Origin: Deltaproteobacteria bacterium
GTDB lineage: Bacteria > Myxococcota_A > UBA796 > SXON01
NCBI GenBank assembly: GCA_947484175.1
Contig: CANKOI010000006.1
Span: 6,641-70,640, forward strand
Direction: 5' to 3'
Length of the DNA: 64,000 bases
Shown here: in pieces, positions 1 to 9,592 of the stretch
Numbering within the stretch: the first letter of the stretch is position 1
Layout of the letters: each line of letters opens with the position of its first letter
The notes under the pieces: model-generated
What the model was told of the DNA's origin: nothing
The model's input: only the letters and a program-made list of their open reading frames with translations
Databases searched by the model: none
Made by a program: the position numbers and the translations under genes

Positions 1-4
1 GACC

Positions 5-24
5 CTGAATGAACGTTCATTCAG
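5..24. repeat. perfect 20-bp palindrome CTGAATGAAC|GTTCATTCAG, candidate operator
   Basis: Read directly; the sequence is its own reverse complement. It is AT-rich in a GC-rich context and lies 43 nt beyond the stop of the minus-strand gene ending at 67. The window edge hides its left neighbour. Confidence 0.5.
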
Positions 25-66
25 TATCCCCGCGGGGCCGATGCGCAAGGGGGGAGGGAGCCGTTC

Positions 67-618
67 CTACCGCAGTTCGGCGTCCATCTCGCCGACGTAG
101 TCGGCGTACCCGTCGAACTCCGCGAAGAGCTCAACGAAGGCTACTCCGTCGGTGATCTGGCCCTCGCCCTCAATGTCCGCTGACTCGCGCCGTGAACCCA
201 CAGTCCAAATCAAGGTCACCACGCCCTCGGCATCCACCTCGCCCAGCACGTCGCCTTCCTGGTTCGAGTCGCCGCCACCCCCATCGAACTCGCAGGATGC
301 ATACCCCTCGAGAAGGCCGTCGTCGTCGACAGTGAACTCCACGTCGCCCCTGCAATCCACGCTCCGATCGTCGCCACTGAGCGTGCCCCTGTTCTGCCCC
401 TGGTAGTCGCCCGCGTAGTCGCCCGGCGTCGGATCCTCGATCTCCTCTTCGGTGTCGCCGCCTGTCTCAGCGCCCGTCTCGCCGCCGATGTCGGTGTCGC
501 CGTCGCCGTTGCCGTTGCTGCCGGTGTCCGCCGGGTCGCCCTCCTCCTCCCCGCCGATCACGGTGGTGCTGGGGGAGCAGGCAAACGACAATACGAGGAG
601 CAGCAGTGAAGACGTCAT
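67..618 (-). CDS. acidic secreted lipoprotein, unknown function
   Basis: ORF 67..672. The internal ATG at 618 gives the signal peptide MTSSLLLLVLSFAC (lipobox), followed by a Gly/Asp/Glu/Thr-rich linker. No family recognised. Confidence 0.5.
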   Translation of the reverse strand: MTSSLLLLVLSFACSPSTTVIGGEEEGDPADTGSNGNGDGDTDIGGETGAETGGDTEEEIEDPTPGDYAGDYQGQNRGTLSGDDRSVDCRGDVEFTVDDDGLLEGYASCEFDGGGGDSNQEGDVLGEVDAEGVVTLIWTVGSRRESADIEGEGQITDGVAFVELFAEFDGYADYVGEMDAELR

Positions 619-706
619 TGGGGATACTAGTTCGCGGCGACCATGCCATACGTGGGTGCCACCCGCGGTCACGAGCGTGAAAATTTCGCTTCGGCAGGCC
701 GACCCG

Positions 707-1522
707 CTACTCCTCGCTCACCACGCTCACGTCGCCGTCTTCGTTGATCGACATGGGAACGAGCCCGAAGGGCGTGGTGACGTCGCTGGTGGCCTTCAGA
801 TCGACGGTGAGCGGCTCTCCGCTGGCCAGGGCGACGAGGGCTGTGGCGGCATCGACGTAGTCCACCGAGAACGGCACCGTAAGCTTCTTGGTGGTGGCGC
901 CCTCGACCGAACCGAACTCTTCTTGCGAGCCGACGCCCACCTCGGTGCCGGCGAACTTCACCTTAAAATCGAGATTGGCGAAGTCGAGCGTGGTGCCGTG
1001 GTCGTTGTCGACGTCCACATCCAGCACGAAGCCGGCGCGGGTGTCGGTGATCTCGCCCACCCGTAGCTCGCCTAGGTCGATCTTCGGCACGCGGAGCGCC
1101 GGGAAGTCGCCTGACTCGTCGAAGCTAACATCGACCGGGCCAATGTCGGTGTCCCAGCCGAAGCCGCCGACGAACCGGAACGGCAGGTTGTCGTCGCCCC
1201 GATCGGCGGTGACAAGGTCGTAGATGCCTGTGAAGCTGAGACTGACGGGCAGCACCATTTCGCTGGTGGACTCTTCGCGGAGCAACACGCCATCGGGGCT
1301 GTCGCCGCTCAGGATCTCGATCTCGGCGAGGTCGAGCCCGTAGTCGAAACGTTCGAGTGGGAGGTCGACGGGGTTGGGGTTGTGCACGTCGAATACGAAG
1401 TCGACCGAGAGGTTCTCGAAGTCGATGTCGGTGAGCGCGAGCCGGTTGAACTTCACCGTGGGCACAAAGCTGGACAGCGCGCTGCCGCCACCCCCACAGC
1501 CTACGAGCAGAAAGATAATCAT
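707..1522 (-). CDS. LEA type 2 (LEA_2/WHy-like) lipoprotein
   Basis: MIIFLLVGC lipobox. Two tandem segments of the type FDVHNPNPVDLPLERFDYGL and VLDVDVDNDHGTTLDFANLDFKV. Its ATG overlaps the upstream stop (ATGA at 1519-1522). Confidence 0.6.
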   Translation of the reverse strand: MIIFLLVGCGGGGSALSSFVPTVKFNRLALTDIDFENLSVDFVFDVHNPNPVDLPLERFDYGLDLAEIEILSGDSPDGVLLREESTSEMVLPVSLSFTGIYDLVTADRGDDNLPFRFVGGFGWDTDIGPVDVSFDESGDFPALRVPKIDLGELRVGEITDTRAGFVLDVDVDNDHGTTLDFANLDFKVKFAGTEVGVGSQEEFGSVEGATTKKLTVPFSVDYVDAATALVALASGEPLTVDLKATSDVTTPFGLVPMSINEDGDVSVVSEE

Positions 1523-2643
1523 CGGAAGAACCCCTCGAGCGATGGTACGCGTGGCGGCTGGCCGGATTCGGCGCCCGCCCCTGAATCTTCGGGCACGAGC
1601 GACAGAGCCACGCTCCCCGCCCGGAGGCCGTCGGCCCAGCTCACCAGCGCTTCTGGCGTGAGCTCCTGAAGGGCTGCGAGCAAGGCGGAGGCGGGCACGT
1701 AGTGGCCGCCGCGTAAGGAGCCGAGCAGGAGGCTCGCGGCCTCACGCTCCGCGGCCTCAGCGCCGACCTGAGCCACGACATCGGCGCGCGCCCAGGCGAA
1801 GCCGGCGCGGAGCGCGTCGGCGTCGGGGAGCGCGCTCAGCACCCCCACGGGGTCCACGCGCGGGGGGGGCGCAGGGTCGCCGACGATGCGGGCGGCGACC
1901 GACAGGAGCGCTTCTTCCCGAGCGCCCCAGCTGGCCGGTGTAGCGAGCACCCAGGCCGCGCAGCCCGCGGAGACCGGCGCAGAGACCTTGACCCCGGCCG
2001 CACGCGGCGCGAGCGCCACCGCGGGGGTGACGCTCCGCGAGAGCATCGGCGGCAGCACCAAGGAGAGCGCCACCGTGTCGGCCTCCGGCGCTGCGACGAG
2101 CACGGCAGCGTCACGCACGTAGCGCAGCTGGCGAAAGGCTTGGAGCTCCCCCGCCCGCAAGGTGGGGAGCACGCTGGTGCGGCCCTCCGGCCGGTGCCCG
2201 TAGGGGTGTCCCGCCACCCCCCACGCGAGGGCCGCGTGGCGCGCCTGGGCCGCGCAGCCCTCCGCGGGCCCGGCGGCGGCCACCCCGAGCCGCACTGTCT
2301 GCTCGTCGACACTCTCCACAAACGCTGCAGCGAGCGCCGCGGCCCGACCCTCCGGGATGCGGAACCGGACGAGCTCAGGGCCCACCTCCACCTCCACCCC
2401 CGCCTTCGCAGCCAGCCCGTGGGCCAGCACAAACGAGAGCCCTTCCCGACCCGGCGGATCGTAAGCGCTCCCCGCACGAACCAGCAGGAGCGCCCCCCCC
2501 CGCCGCCCAGCCGCATCGGCCACGAGGCGCAAGGGCGACGACGCGACGACGAGCACCGGCGGCCGTGCAGGAGGCCGGGCGGGCGCACACCCGAGGGCTC
2601 CCGCGATGAGCACGGCAGGCAGCCGTCGAAGGAGGAATCGCAC
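1519..2643 (-). CDS. lipoprotein with weak resemblance to a non-catalytic peptidase M16 domain
   Basis: This is the 3' part of the 985-aa track ORF. The GTG at 2643 gives an ideal lipoprotein signal, M-RFLLRRLPAVLIAGALGC; an alternative ATG is at 2691. LRAGELQAFRQLRYVRDAAVLVAAPEAD resembles the M16 C-terminal domain. No HxxEH motif seen. Confidence 0.45.
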   Translation of the reverse strand: MRFLLRRLPAVLIAGALGCAPARPPARPPVLVVASSPLRLVADAAGRRGGALLLVRAGSAYDPPGREGLSFVLAHGLAAKAGVEVEVGPELVRFRIPEGRAAALAAAFVESVDEQTVRLGVAAAGPAEGCAAQARHAALAWGVAGHPYGHRPEGRTSVLPTLRAGELQAFRQLRYVRDAAVLVAAPEADTVALSLVLPPMLSRSVTPAVALAPRAAGVKVSAPVSAGCAAWVLATPASWGAREEALLSVAARIVGDPAPPPRVDPVGVLSALPDADALRAGFAWARADVVAQVGAEAAEREAASLLLGSLRGGHYVPASALLAALQELTPEALVSWADGLRAGSVALSLVPEDSGAGAESGQPPRVPSLEGFFR

Positions 2644-2703
2644 GGCGCTGCCTATCTGGCCCTCGGGCAACTGTGCTACCGTTCCGCCCATCGGAGGTTG
2701 TTC

Positions 2704-3069
2704 GTGAACGGACTTGTCAACGCCAGCGCCCCTTCCCGCGACCTCCTCCGTCTCCTCCGAGCCCCGCCCGAAACGAGGGAGCGGCTCCCGGAGTCGGTTT
2801 GTTGGCGGGCGTATTTGGAGCTGCGGCGTCGGGGGGAGCCCCAGGCCAGCGGGCACTTCGTGGCGGGCCTGCGCTCGTTGCATCGTCGCAGAGGGATCGG
2901 AGCGGGCACACTGGCGGTCACCGACCCCGATGTGGACGATCACAAGCTCGCTCACGACCCCTATGTCGGCGAGTTGTGGCGCTCGTACAAACGGGCTCTG
3001 TGCGCCAACCGCACCGGGCCGGCCGGCCAACTGCTGCGCGAATTCGAACAGCAGCTTCAGACGCGCTGA
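2704..3069 (+). CDS. hypothetical protein (about 121 aa)
   Basis: A GTG at 2704 lies in frame with track ORF 2140..3069. Downstream of the antisense overlap, the third positions stay G/C-rich and the sequence looks protein-like (DPDVDDHKLAHDPYVGELWRSYKRAL...). No family recognised. Confidence 0.35.
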   Translation: MNGLVNASAPSRDLLRLLRAPPETRERLPESVCWRAYLELRRRGEPQASGHFVAGLRSLHRRRGIGAGTLAVTDPDVDDHKLAHDPYVGELWRSYKRALCANRTGPAGQLLREFEQQLQTR

Positions 3070-3141
3070 GGCCGTCCGCGGGGTGCGGGCACGCGGTCTT
3101 GCCCCCCGTTTCGTGATAGCGAGCGCTGCCCTCGGGGAGAC

Positions 3142-4203
3142 GTGATGTTCTTGGACTGGTCCGACATTCAGCGGCGTGCGGAGGCCGGCGAAGGCGTATC
3201 GGAAGGCGAGGCCCTCACCATCGCCTCGCTCACCGACCCGAGCGAACTGTCGCGGCTCTTCGCCGCGGCCGGAGCCGTGCGTGTGGAGCACAAGGGCAAC
3301 TTCGTGAACACGTGTGGCATCAGCAACGCGAAGTCTGGCCGCTGCGCCGAGGCATGCAGCTTCTGCAGCCAGAGCGCCCACTTCAACACCGACGCCCCGA
3401 AGTACCAGCTCAAGAGCGCAGATGTGATGGTGGCTGAGGCGAAGGAGGCCGTGGCCAACGGGGTGCGGGAGTTCTCGCTCGTGGCCAGCGGGCGGGCGAT
3501 GACCAACGCCGCGGAGCTCGCCGTAGTGAAGGAGGCCGTGGGGCGCATCCGCGAGGAGACGGGCATGCAGACCTGCGCCAGCCTGGGGCTGATGGGGCAC
3601 GACGCACTCGCGGAACTGCAGCAGGCCGGGCTCCAGGCGGTGCACCACAACCTCGAAACGGCACGTTCCTTCCACGCGAACATCGTGCAGACCCACACCT
3701 ACGACGAAGAGGTCGAAACCGTCCGCGCCGCCCGGGCGCTGGGCATGTACACCTGCTCGGGCGGCATCTTCGGCATGGGCGAGAGCTGGGCGCAACGGGT
3801 GGAGCTGGCGCTCGAACTGCGAAACCTCGATGTGGACAGCGTGCCGCTGAACTTCCTCAATCCCCGCCCCGGCACCCCGCTCGCCGAGCAGGCCGATCTG
3901 AGCGCCACTGACTGCCTCAAGATCATCGCGCTGTTCCGCCTCGTGCTGCCCACCAAGGACTTGATCGTGTGCGGCGGGCGAGCCGTGAACCTCGGAGCGA
4001 GGCAAGACGAGATCTTCCGGGTGGGCGCAAACGGCGTGATGCTCGGCAACTACCTCACCACGGCGGGGCGCCCGGCGGAACTCGACCTCGACTTGCTGCA
4101 AGCTGAGGGGCTGGTGATTCGGCCGCCGCCGCACAAGCCCCACCCGCAGAGCCTGCGCGCGGCCGTTCGGGTAGACGGAACCGACGCCAACGGCGTGGCC
4201 TGA
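3142..4203 (+). CDS. bioB: biotin synthase
   Basis: Radical SAM cluster CAEACSFCSQS followed by YTCSGGIFGMGES; about 350 aa and adjacent to bioF. An ATG at 3145 with GGGGAGA upstream is an alternative start. Confidence 0.9.
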   Translation: MMFLDWSDIQRRAEAGEGVSEGEALTIASLTDPSELSRLFAAAGAVRVEHKGNFVNTCGISNAKSGRCAEACSFCSQSAHFNTDAPKYQLKSADVMVAEAKEAVANGVREFSLVASGRAMTNAAELAVVKEAVGRIREETGMQTCASLGLMGHDALAELQQAGLQAVHHNLETARSFHANIVQTHTYDEEVETVRAARALGMYTCSGGIFGMGESWAQRVELALELRNLDVDSVPLNFLNPRPGTPLAEQADLSATDCLKIIALFRLVLPTKDLIVCGGRAVNLGARQDEIFRVGANGVMLGNYLTTAGRPAELDLDLLQAEGLVIRPPPHKPHPQSLRAAVRVDGTDANGVA

Positions 4204-4214
4204 CGGCCCTCGGC

Positions 4215-5297
4215 GTGGCCGACCGCTACGGCCCGCTGCTGGCACGGGTGGCGGCCCTCGAAGCCGCGGGCCTCCGGCGTGAGCTCTTGGCGTTGGAGCC
4301 GACCGGTCCGACGACCGCCCGTGCAGCCGGGCAGGAGCTGACCGTCTTCTGCAGCAACGACTACCTCGGATTGGCGCAGCACCCCGAGCTGCGAGAGGCG
4401 TTTCGCGGCGGAGGAGCCGGCTCGGCACGCCTGGTGAGCGGAAACCGGCCGGCACACGCGGCCCTCGAAGCCGCACTGAGCGAACGATTCGGCCGCCCCG
4501 CCACCCTCTTCAGCTCCGGCTACGCGGCCAATCTAGGCCTGTTGACAACGGTGCTCCAGCGAGGCGACCGCGTGGTGAGCGATGCGCTCAATCACGCCTC
4601 GATCATTGACGGTCTCCGGCTCACCGCCGCCGAGCGAACGATCGTCCCACACGGGAGCCCAGCCCAGCTTTCGGGCGCCCGGCTCGCGGTGACGGAGTCG
4701 CTGTTCTCGATGGACGGCGACGTGGCGGCCTTGGAAAGCTGGACTGGCGAACATTGGCTCGCGGTCGACGAAGCGCACGCCGTCGGCGCCCTCGGCCCCG
4801 ACGGCCGCGGGGTGGCGGCCCAGCAGGGCGTGGAGCCAGACTTCTTGGTGGGGACGCTCGGCAAGGCGTTCGGCGCTGCGGGGGCGTTCGTGGTGGGGCC
4901 CGAGGTGCTGCGACCGCTGCTGGTGAGCACCGCCCGCGCCTTCGTGTACACCACGGGTCTGCCGGAGGGCGTAGCCGCAGCGGCCCTCGCGGGGCTGCGC
5001 CATGCCACGCGAGAGCGGCGCGAGCGGCTCGCCGCGAATGCGGCGAGGTTGCGAAGCGGGCTCCGGCAAATCGGCGCCAACGTACTCGGCAGCGCGCACA
5101 TCCTGCCCGTGCTCACCGGCGAACGAACGATGGCGGTGGCCGCCAGGCTACGGACGGCGGGCATCTTCGCTCCCGGAATCCGCTCGCCAACGGTGCCGAG
5201 GGGTCTTGAGCGGGTGCGGCTCACGGCCAGCAGCGAGCACACCGAAGCGCAGATCGACCGCTGCGTGGAAGCGATGGACGCCGCGCTGCGCGGCTGA
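4215..5297 (+). CDS. bioF: 8-amino-7-oxononanoate synthase
   Basis: Contains FCSNDYLGL, SGYAANLGLL, DEAHAVGALGPDGRG and the PLP-lysine motif GTLGKAFG. Confidence 0.85.
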   Translation: MADRYGPLLARVAALEAAGLRRELLALEPTGPTTARAAGQELTVFCSNDYLGLAQHPELREAFRGGGAGSARLVSGNRPAHAALEAALSERFGRPATLFSSGYAANLGLLTTVLQRGDRVVSDALNHASIIDGLRLTAAERTIVPHGSPAQLSGARLAVTESLFSMDGDVAALESWTGEHWLAVDEAHAVGALGPDGRGVAAQQGVEPDFLVGTLGKAFGAAGAFVVGPEVLRPLLVSTARAFVYTTGLPEGVAAAALAGLRHATRERRERLAANAARLRSGLRQIGANVLGSAHILPVLTGERTMAVAARLRTAGIFAPGIRSPTVPRGLERVRLTASSEHTEAQIDRCVEAMDAALRG

Positions 5298-5351
5298 ACG
5301 GGTGGCGCGGCTGAACCTAGGGCGGGGCGTGCGTGGCGCGCCGCGGCCACG

Positions 5352-7217
5352 TCAGTCCCGCCGCACCGCGATCGCCCGTGCCCGCTTGCACGCTGCGGCG
5401 ACATCCGCACCGGCGACTTCCTCGCCGGCGTACCGGGTCCGGTAGAGCAACTGCGCGAGCTCCTCGAGCGGCGAGCCGGCCGCCCCGGCCTCCTGGATGA
5501 GCCACCGCCCTGCCTCCAGAGGGGGCAGCTCTGCCGGGATGTCCCATCCACGCGCCACCGACCGCGCACGGGCCGAGCGGAACTTCGTCAGGATCGGATC
5601 GGAGTGATCCTCGCGCCTGGGCGGACGTGCGAGCCACCACAACGTGACCCGAAGGAACGAGCCGCTCAGCACGAGGAGCGCCAACAGCGCACCCACGCCC
5701 GCGGCGCCCCTGCGCGTGTGATCGCGCACCGGGTCGCCGGGGATCGGCGCCACGAACGCGCTCCCGAGGCGTGCGGCCGCTTCGAACTGCGTGCGGAGGT
5801 CGTAGTCCAGCACCAATGAGAGCCACGCCTCATTGGCGGCCTCGCCGGCCAGCTGCAGCCAGGAAACGCTGGGGAGTTCGAGGGCTCCCGTGGGCGTCGC
5901 ATCGACGACCACCCAGCCGCCGCGCACCGCCACCTCGACCCATGCGTGGGCGTGCCCGCGCCGCACCGCTAGGTAGTCCGCGGCGCCGTTGTACTCGTCT
6001 GAGTAGAACCCGGTGGCAAGGCGCACCGGCACCCCGCGCGCCCGGAGCAACACGGCGAGGGCGCTGGCGTAGTACTCGCAGTGGCCGGCCTTCGCATCGA
6101 GGAGGAACCAGGCCAAGGGGTCGCCCACCGGTGCGTCGGGCTCGAGCGTGTAGGTGAACCCCTCGCGTAGCGCTGCGGTGGCCGCGGCGATGATCGATGC
6201 CGCGTCGGTGCGGCCGGGGGCGAGACTCGCGGCGAGGGCCTGCACGCCTGGGTGCAACACAGGCAGCTGCACCAACTCCGGGGTGGCCGGCCCGACCTCG
6301 TCGAGCGCTCGACTCCGCGAATAGGTCTCGTACGCGAGCCGCTGGCCCGCTTGGGTGTGTACGAGCTCACCCTGGCCCCCCTGAAGCATCGGGCCGAGGT
6401 CACTCGTGGCGTAGAGGAGATCCGGCGGCCCATACACCACGGTGCCCAGCAGCGGCTCCAACATCACCTCGGCGCGCGTGTCCCACGCGCCCACCGAGGG
6501 CACACGAACTCGCCCGCTCACCGACCAGCGGGTGCCGTCGAAGTGGTCCATCGAGCGACCGCGGAGGTACTGGGGACCATGCACGCGGGTGCCGTCCCGT
6601 GCGTACGTGCGCACACGCATCACGAGCACGCCGCGGTCGCCGTCGTCGGACTCGTCGCCCAGCGCCACGTCGTCGGCGAAATCTGTGTCTTGGCCAACCT
6701 CACCCGACGAGGCGAGAAGGCCGCCTTGGAGCCGCGGCACCAGCACGAAGAAGGCCAGAGAGAGCGTGAGGGTGCCCGCCGAGGTGCCCAGCGCCAACCG
6801 CCGGTCGTGCACGCCGTTGGCATGGAGGAGCGCAACCGGGGCCGCCGCGGCAAAGAGAAGTAGAGCGGGAGCGAGCGCCAGCGAAAGTGCGCCCACCGTG
6901 CCGACCAGCGCCATGAGCGTGCCCAGCAGGAGGAGCACACGCTCGTCGGCGCGCCCCTCTGCGACCACGGCCCGGTGGGCGGCCAGCCAGCCGAGGAGCA
7001 GGGCGAAGGCGGGCACCACGTCCACGAAGTACAGCAAGGCGCCCGAGCCCGCGAGCACCGCGAGGTGCGCCCCCGTCCAGTCCTGAACGAGGCGAAGGCG
7101 CGAGCCTCCCACGAAGCCGACCACCGTGAGCGCGGCCGCGATCGAGCCCGCCCATCCCGAAGCGGCGAGGCACACGGCACCCGCCACGGTCGCGGCAGCG
7201 AGCGGGGCGCGCGTCAA
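5352..7217 (-). CDS. transglutaminase-domain membrane protein (TgpA-like)
   Basis: Multi-TM N-terminus, then the core GHCEYYASALAVLLRARGVPVRLATGF...HAWVEV. Its start overlaps the DUF58 stop. Confidence 0.8.
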   Translation of the reverse strand: MTRAPLAAATVAGAVCLAASGWAGSIAAALTVVGFVGGSRLRLVQDWTGAHLAVLAGSGALLYFVDVVPAFALLLGWLAAHRAVVAEGRADERVLLLLGTLMALVGTVGALSLALAPALLLFAAAAPVALLHANGVHDRRLALGTSAGTLTLSLAFFVLVPRLQGGLLASSGEVGQDTDFADDVALGDESDDGDRGVLVMRVRTYARDGTRVHGPQYLRGRSMDHFDGTRWSVSGRVRVPSVGAWDTRAEVMLEPLLGTVVYGPPDLLYATSDLGPMLQGGQGELVHTQAGQRLAYETYSRSRALDEVGPATPELVQLPVLHPGVQALAASLAPGRTDAASIIAAATAALREGFTYTLEPDAPVGDPLAWFLLDAKAGHCEYYASALAVLLRARGVPVRLATGFYSDEYNGAADYLAVRRGHAHAWVEVAVRGGWVVVDATPTGALELPSVSWLQLAGEAANEAWLSLVLDYDLRTQFEAAARLGSAFVAPIPGDPVRDHTRRGAAGVGALLALLVLSGSFLRVTLWWLARPPRREDHSDPILTKFRSARARSVARGWDIPAELPPLEAGRWLIQEAGAAGSPLEELAQLLYRTRYAGEEVAGADVAAACKRARAIAVRRD

Positions 7218-8137
7218 CGGTGCTCCAAAAGCGCCATCGCGGTGAGCAGCCGCCGGCGCCAGACGGCGCCGGTGCGGGGCGGCAAGCTCTGTCCGTCCAC
7301 CTCGATCCCCACGGCGTTTCCTTGTGCGAGCTGCTCCTCCGCGCGTCCCGCCACCCGCTCGATCGCCGCCTCGCGCGCCTCACCGCGCAGCGCGGGATCG
7401 AGGCGCAGCATCAACTCCTCTACGCCTTGCGCCGAACGGTTGACCACCATCGGCTCGCCGACACGCGCGGTCGTGGGCCAGTGGACCCGCCGCAAAGGGT
7501 CGCCCGGTCGCCACGGGCGCAGGCCCGCGAAGTCGCCCGTCGCGCTGGGGCGCCCCCGCGCGGCGGCGTCCTCCCCGTCGCCCTGAGGGGCAGGTGGCAC
7601 CGGCCGCACCGACGCTGCGGGGTAGACGAGCACTTCGTCGGTCAGCGCCACGTCCCGCCACCGCCGGACCATCCCGAACGGGAAGTCGGACTGGATCCGA
7701 ACGAACGACAGGGTGGCCGCGCCGCGCGCCGCCGCCAAGAATTCCGCCGGCGCCTCGCAGGCTTCACCGGGCGGGCAGCGCTCCACCCGGGCCCGCGCCG
7801 CCACGTCCCCCCGTTCGATGAGCTCCACCTGCCAGGCCGCGCCGCGGCCGCGGCCGTTCCGTAGAATCAACCCGCCGGACGCCGGTATTCCCGCCCGCAG
7901 CTCCGCTGGCAGCCGTCGCTCTACCGAGAGAGACCGGAGGTTCCACTCCGCGAGCACGTTGGCCACCACCAGCGCGGCCAGAAGCACGCCCAGCACCAGG
8001 TACACGAGGTTGTTGCCAGTGTTGACCGCGCCGAACAGCACGCCGCCCACCAACGCGAGGTACACGGCGCCCGCGCGGGTGGGGGCCACCCGGTTCACCT
8101 CACCGAAGCCCCAACGCGAAGGTGCAGTGGTGGCCAT
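7214..8137 (-). CDS. DUF58 family protein
   Basis: The ATG at 8137 is preceded by GAGGGCGAGG. Two N-terminal TM helices (VNTGNNLVYLVLGVLL) and DFAGLRPWRPGDPLRRVHW. The upstream part of the 410-aa track ORF is Arg-rich noise. Confidence 0.8.
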   Translation of the reverse strand: MATTAPSRWGFGEVNRVAPTRAGAVYLALVGGVLFGAVNTGNNLVYLVLGVLLAALVVANVLAEWNLRSLSVERRLPAELRAGIPASGGLILRNGRGRGAAWQVELIERGDVAARARVERCPPGEACEAPAEFLAAARGAATLSFVRIQSDFPFGMVRRWRDVALTDEVLVYPAASVRPVPPAPQGDGEDAAARGRPSATGDFAGLRPWRPGDPLRRVHWPTTARVGEPMVVNRSAQGVEELMLRLDPALRGEAREAAIERVAGRAEEQLAQGNAVGIEVDGQSLPPRTGAVWRRRLLTAMALLEHR

Positions 8138-8148
8138 CCTCGCCCTCG

Positions 8149-9063
8149 TCAGGCCACCGGGCGCTGGCCCGACAGCAGCGCACGGATGGCGGCCGCGGCG
8201 GCATCGACGCCGGTATCGGCCCGCACCACGACACGGTGGGCGAGCACGGGCACCGCGAGGGCGCGCACGTCGTCGGGGGTGGCGTAGTCGCGGCCGTCCA
8301 ACAACGATCGCGCCCGCACCGCGCGGAGGAGGGCCTCGGCGCCGCGGGTGGAGACCCCCCGGGCGAGGGCGGGTGCCATGCGGGTGGCGGCCACGAGATC
8401 GAGTACGGCATCCTCCACGTCGGGATGCACCTTCACCGCGGCACACGCGGCGCGGAGCATGAGCACGCCGGCGGGATCGAGCACCGCGCCCTCAGCCGCT
8501 CCGGCGGTCGCAGCACCCTGGAGCACCGCTCGTTCGGCGGCGCGGTCGGGGTAGCCCATCGCCGTACGGATGAGGAACCGGTCGAGCTGGCTTTCGGGAA
8601 GCGGCCAGGTGCCGTGGTACTCGTGAGGGTTCTGAGTGGCGATCACCAAGAAGGGGTCGGGCAGGCGATGGGTGGTGCCGTCCACGCTGACGGTGGCTTC
8701 GTTCATGGCCTCGAGCAAGGCGGACTGCGTGCGGGGTGTGGTGCGGTTGATCTCGTCGGCCAGCACGACGTTGGCGAAGAGCGGGCCGGGCCGGAACTGC
8801 ATCGTTCCCGCCTCGAGCATCGTGAAGCCGAGAATGTCGGCCGGCAGCAGATCGCTGGTGAACTGCACGCGCCGGAAGCTCCCGCCGATGGCCCGGGCGA
8901 GCGCAGTTCCGAGGGTGGTCTTGCCCACGCCCGGAACGTCTTCGAGCAACAGGTGGCCACCGGCGAGCACACAAACCAGCGCGAGCTCGATGACGTCAGC
9001 CTTTCCGTGCACCTGGCGCGACACGCGCCCCCGGAGCGCGGCCACGGCCTCGGCCGGAATCAT
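8149..9063 (-). CDS. MoxR-like AAA+ ATPase
   Basis: Contains LLLEDVPGVGKTTL, VVLADEINRTTPRTQSALLEAM and ATQNPHEYHGTWPLPESQLDRF. The ATG at 9063 overlaps the upstream stop (ATGA). Confidence 0.9.
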   Translation of the reverse strand: MIPAEAVAALRGRVSRQVHGKADVIELALVCVLAGGHLLLEDVPGVGKTTLGTALARAIGGSFRRVQFTSDLLPADILGFTMLEAGTMQFRPGPLFANVVLADEINRTTPRTQSALLEAMNEATVSVDGTTHRLPDPFLVIATQNPHEYHGTWPLPESQLDRFLIRTAMGYPDRAAERAVLQGAATAGAAEGAVLDPAGVLMLRAACAAVKVHPDVEDAVLDLVAATRMAPALARGVSTRGAEALLRAVRARSLLDGRDYATPDDVRALAVPVLAHRVVVRADTGVDAAAAAIRALLSGQRPVA

Positions 9064-9518
9064 TCCGTGATGCCAACGTACGACCCGTGGGTCTGCAGCT
9101 CGTAGGTGGTGCCCACGGGGATGGCTTCGTCTTCGCTCGCCACGATCTCGAAGTACTCGGTGCCGGACCAGTAGTCGTCGCCATCCACACACGGGTCGCC
9201 CTCGGCGGCCTCGATGTCGGCCTGCCCGAACAGCTGCCACTTCACGCTGCCCCCCTCCGTGTCCTGCCCGACAACGACGGATTGGTACACGACCTCGCAG
9301 ACCGACACCGTCCCGCGAGCGAACGCATCCTCGCCGATGAAGATTTCGCCCGAGCTAGCATCGAAGCTCAGGTAGTAGTCGAAGGTCTCGCTGTAGGTAC
9401 CCTCCCCCTCGAGCGCCGAAGCGGTCACCCGAAAGTGGGAGGATTCGGGGGGGATCTTCGAGGTCTCGCACGCGGCGAGGAGGAAGAACGACAGCACGCG
9501 CGGCTCCAACAGCCCCAC
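9060..9518 (-). CDS. small lipoprotein, first gene of the MoxR operon
   Basis: LSFFLLAAC lipobox, GTG start, and a stop overlapping the MoxR ATG. No family recognised. Confidence 0.55.
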   Translation of the reverse strand: MGLLEPRVLSFFLLAACETSKIPPESSHFRVTASALEGEGTYSETFDYYLSFDASSGEIFIGEDAFARGTVSVCEVVYQSVVVGQDTEGGSVKWQLFGQADIEAAEGDPCVDGDDYWSGTEYFEIVASEDEAIPVGTTYELQTHGSYVGITE

Positions 9519-9546
9519 AGGGTATCACCGAAGCGCAAAGCGCGCG

Positions 9547-9575
9547 TTGACGCGGGGGGGGTCCGGACCTACATT
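9547..9575 (+). promoter_or_regulatory. sigma-70-type promoter TTGACG-N17-TACATT
   Basis: Read directly. It sits 18 nt upstream of the GTG at 9593, in the divergent intergenic region. Confidence 0.45.
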
Positions 9576-9592
9576 GCCGCGCGTTTTTAGCT

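Noticed and set aside
1519-4476. 985-aa minus-strand ORF spanning the bioB region
   Set aside because: Only the 3' third (up to about 2643/2691) looks like a protein. The remainder is Arg/Pro/Gly-rich antisense of the clearly real bioB and bioF 5' region, which is a typical open-frame artefact of very GC-rich DNA.
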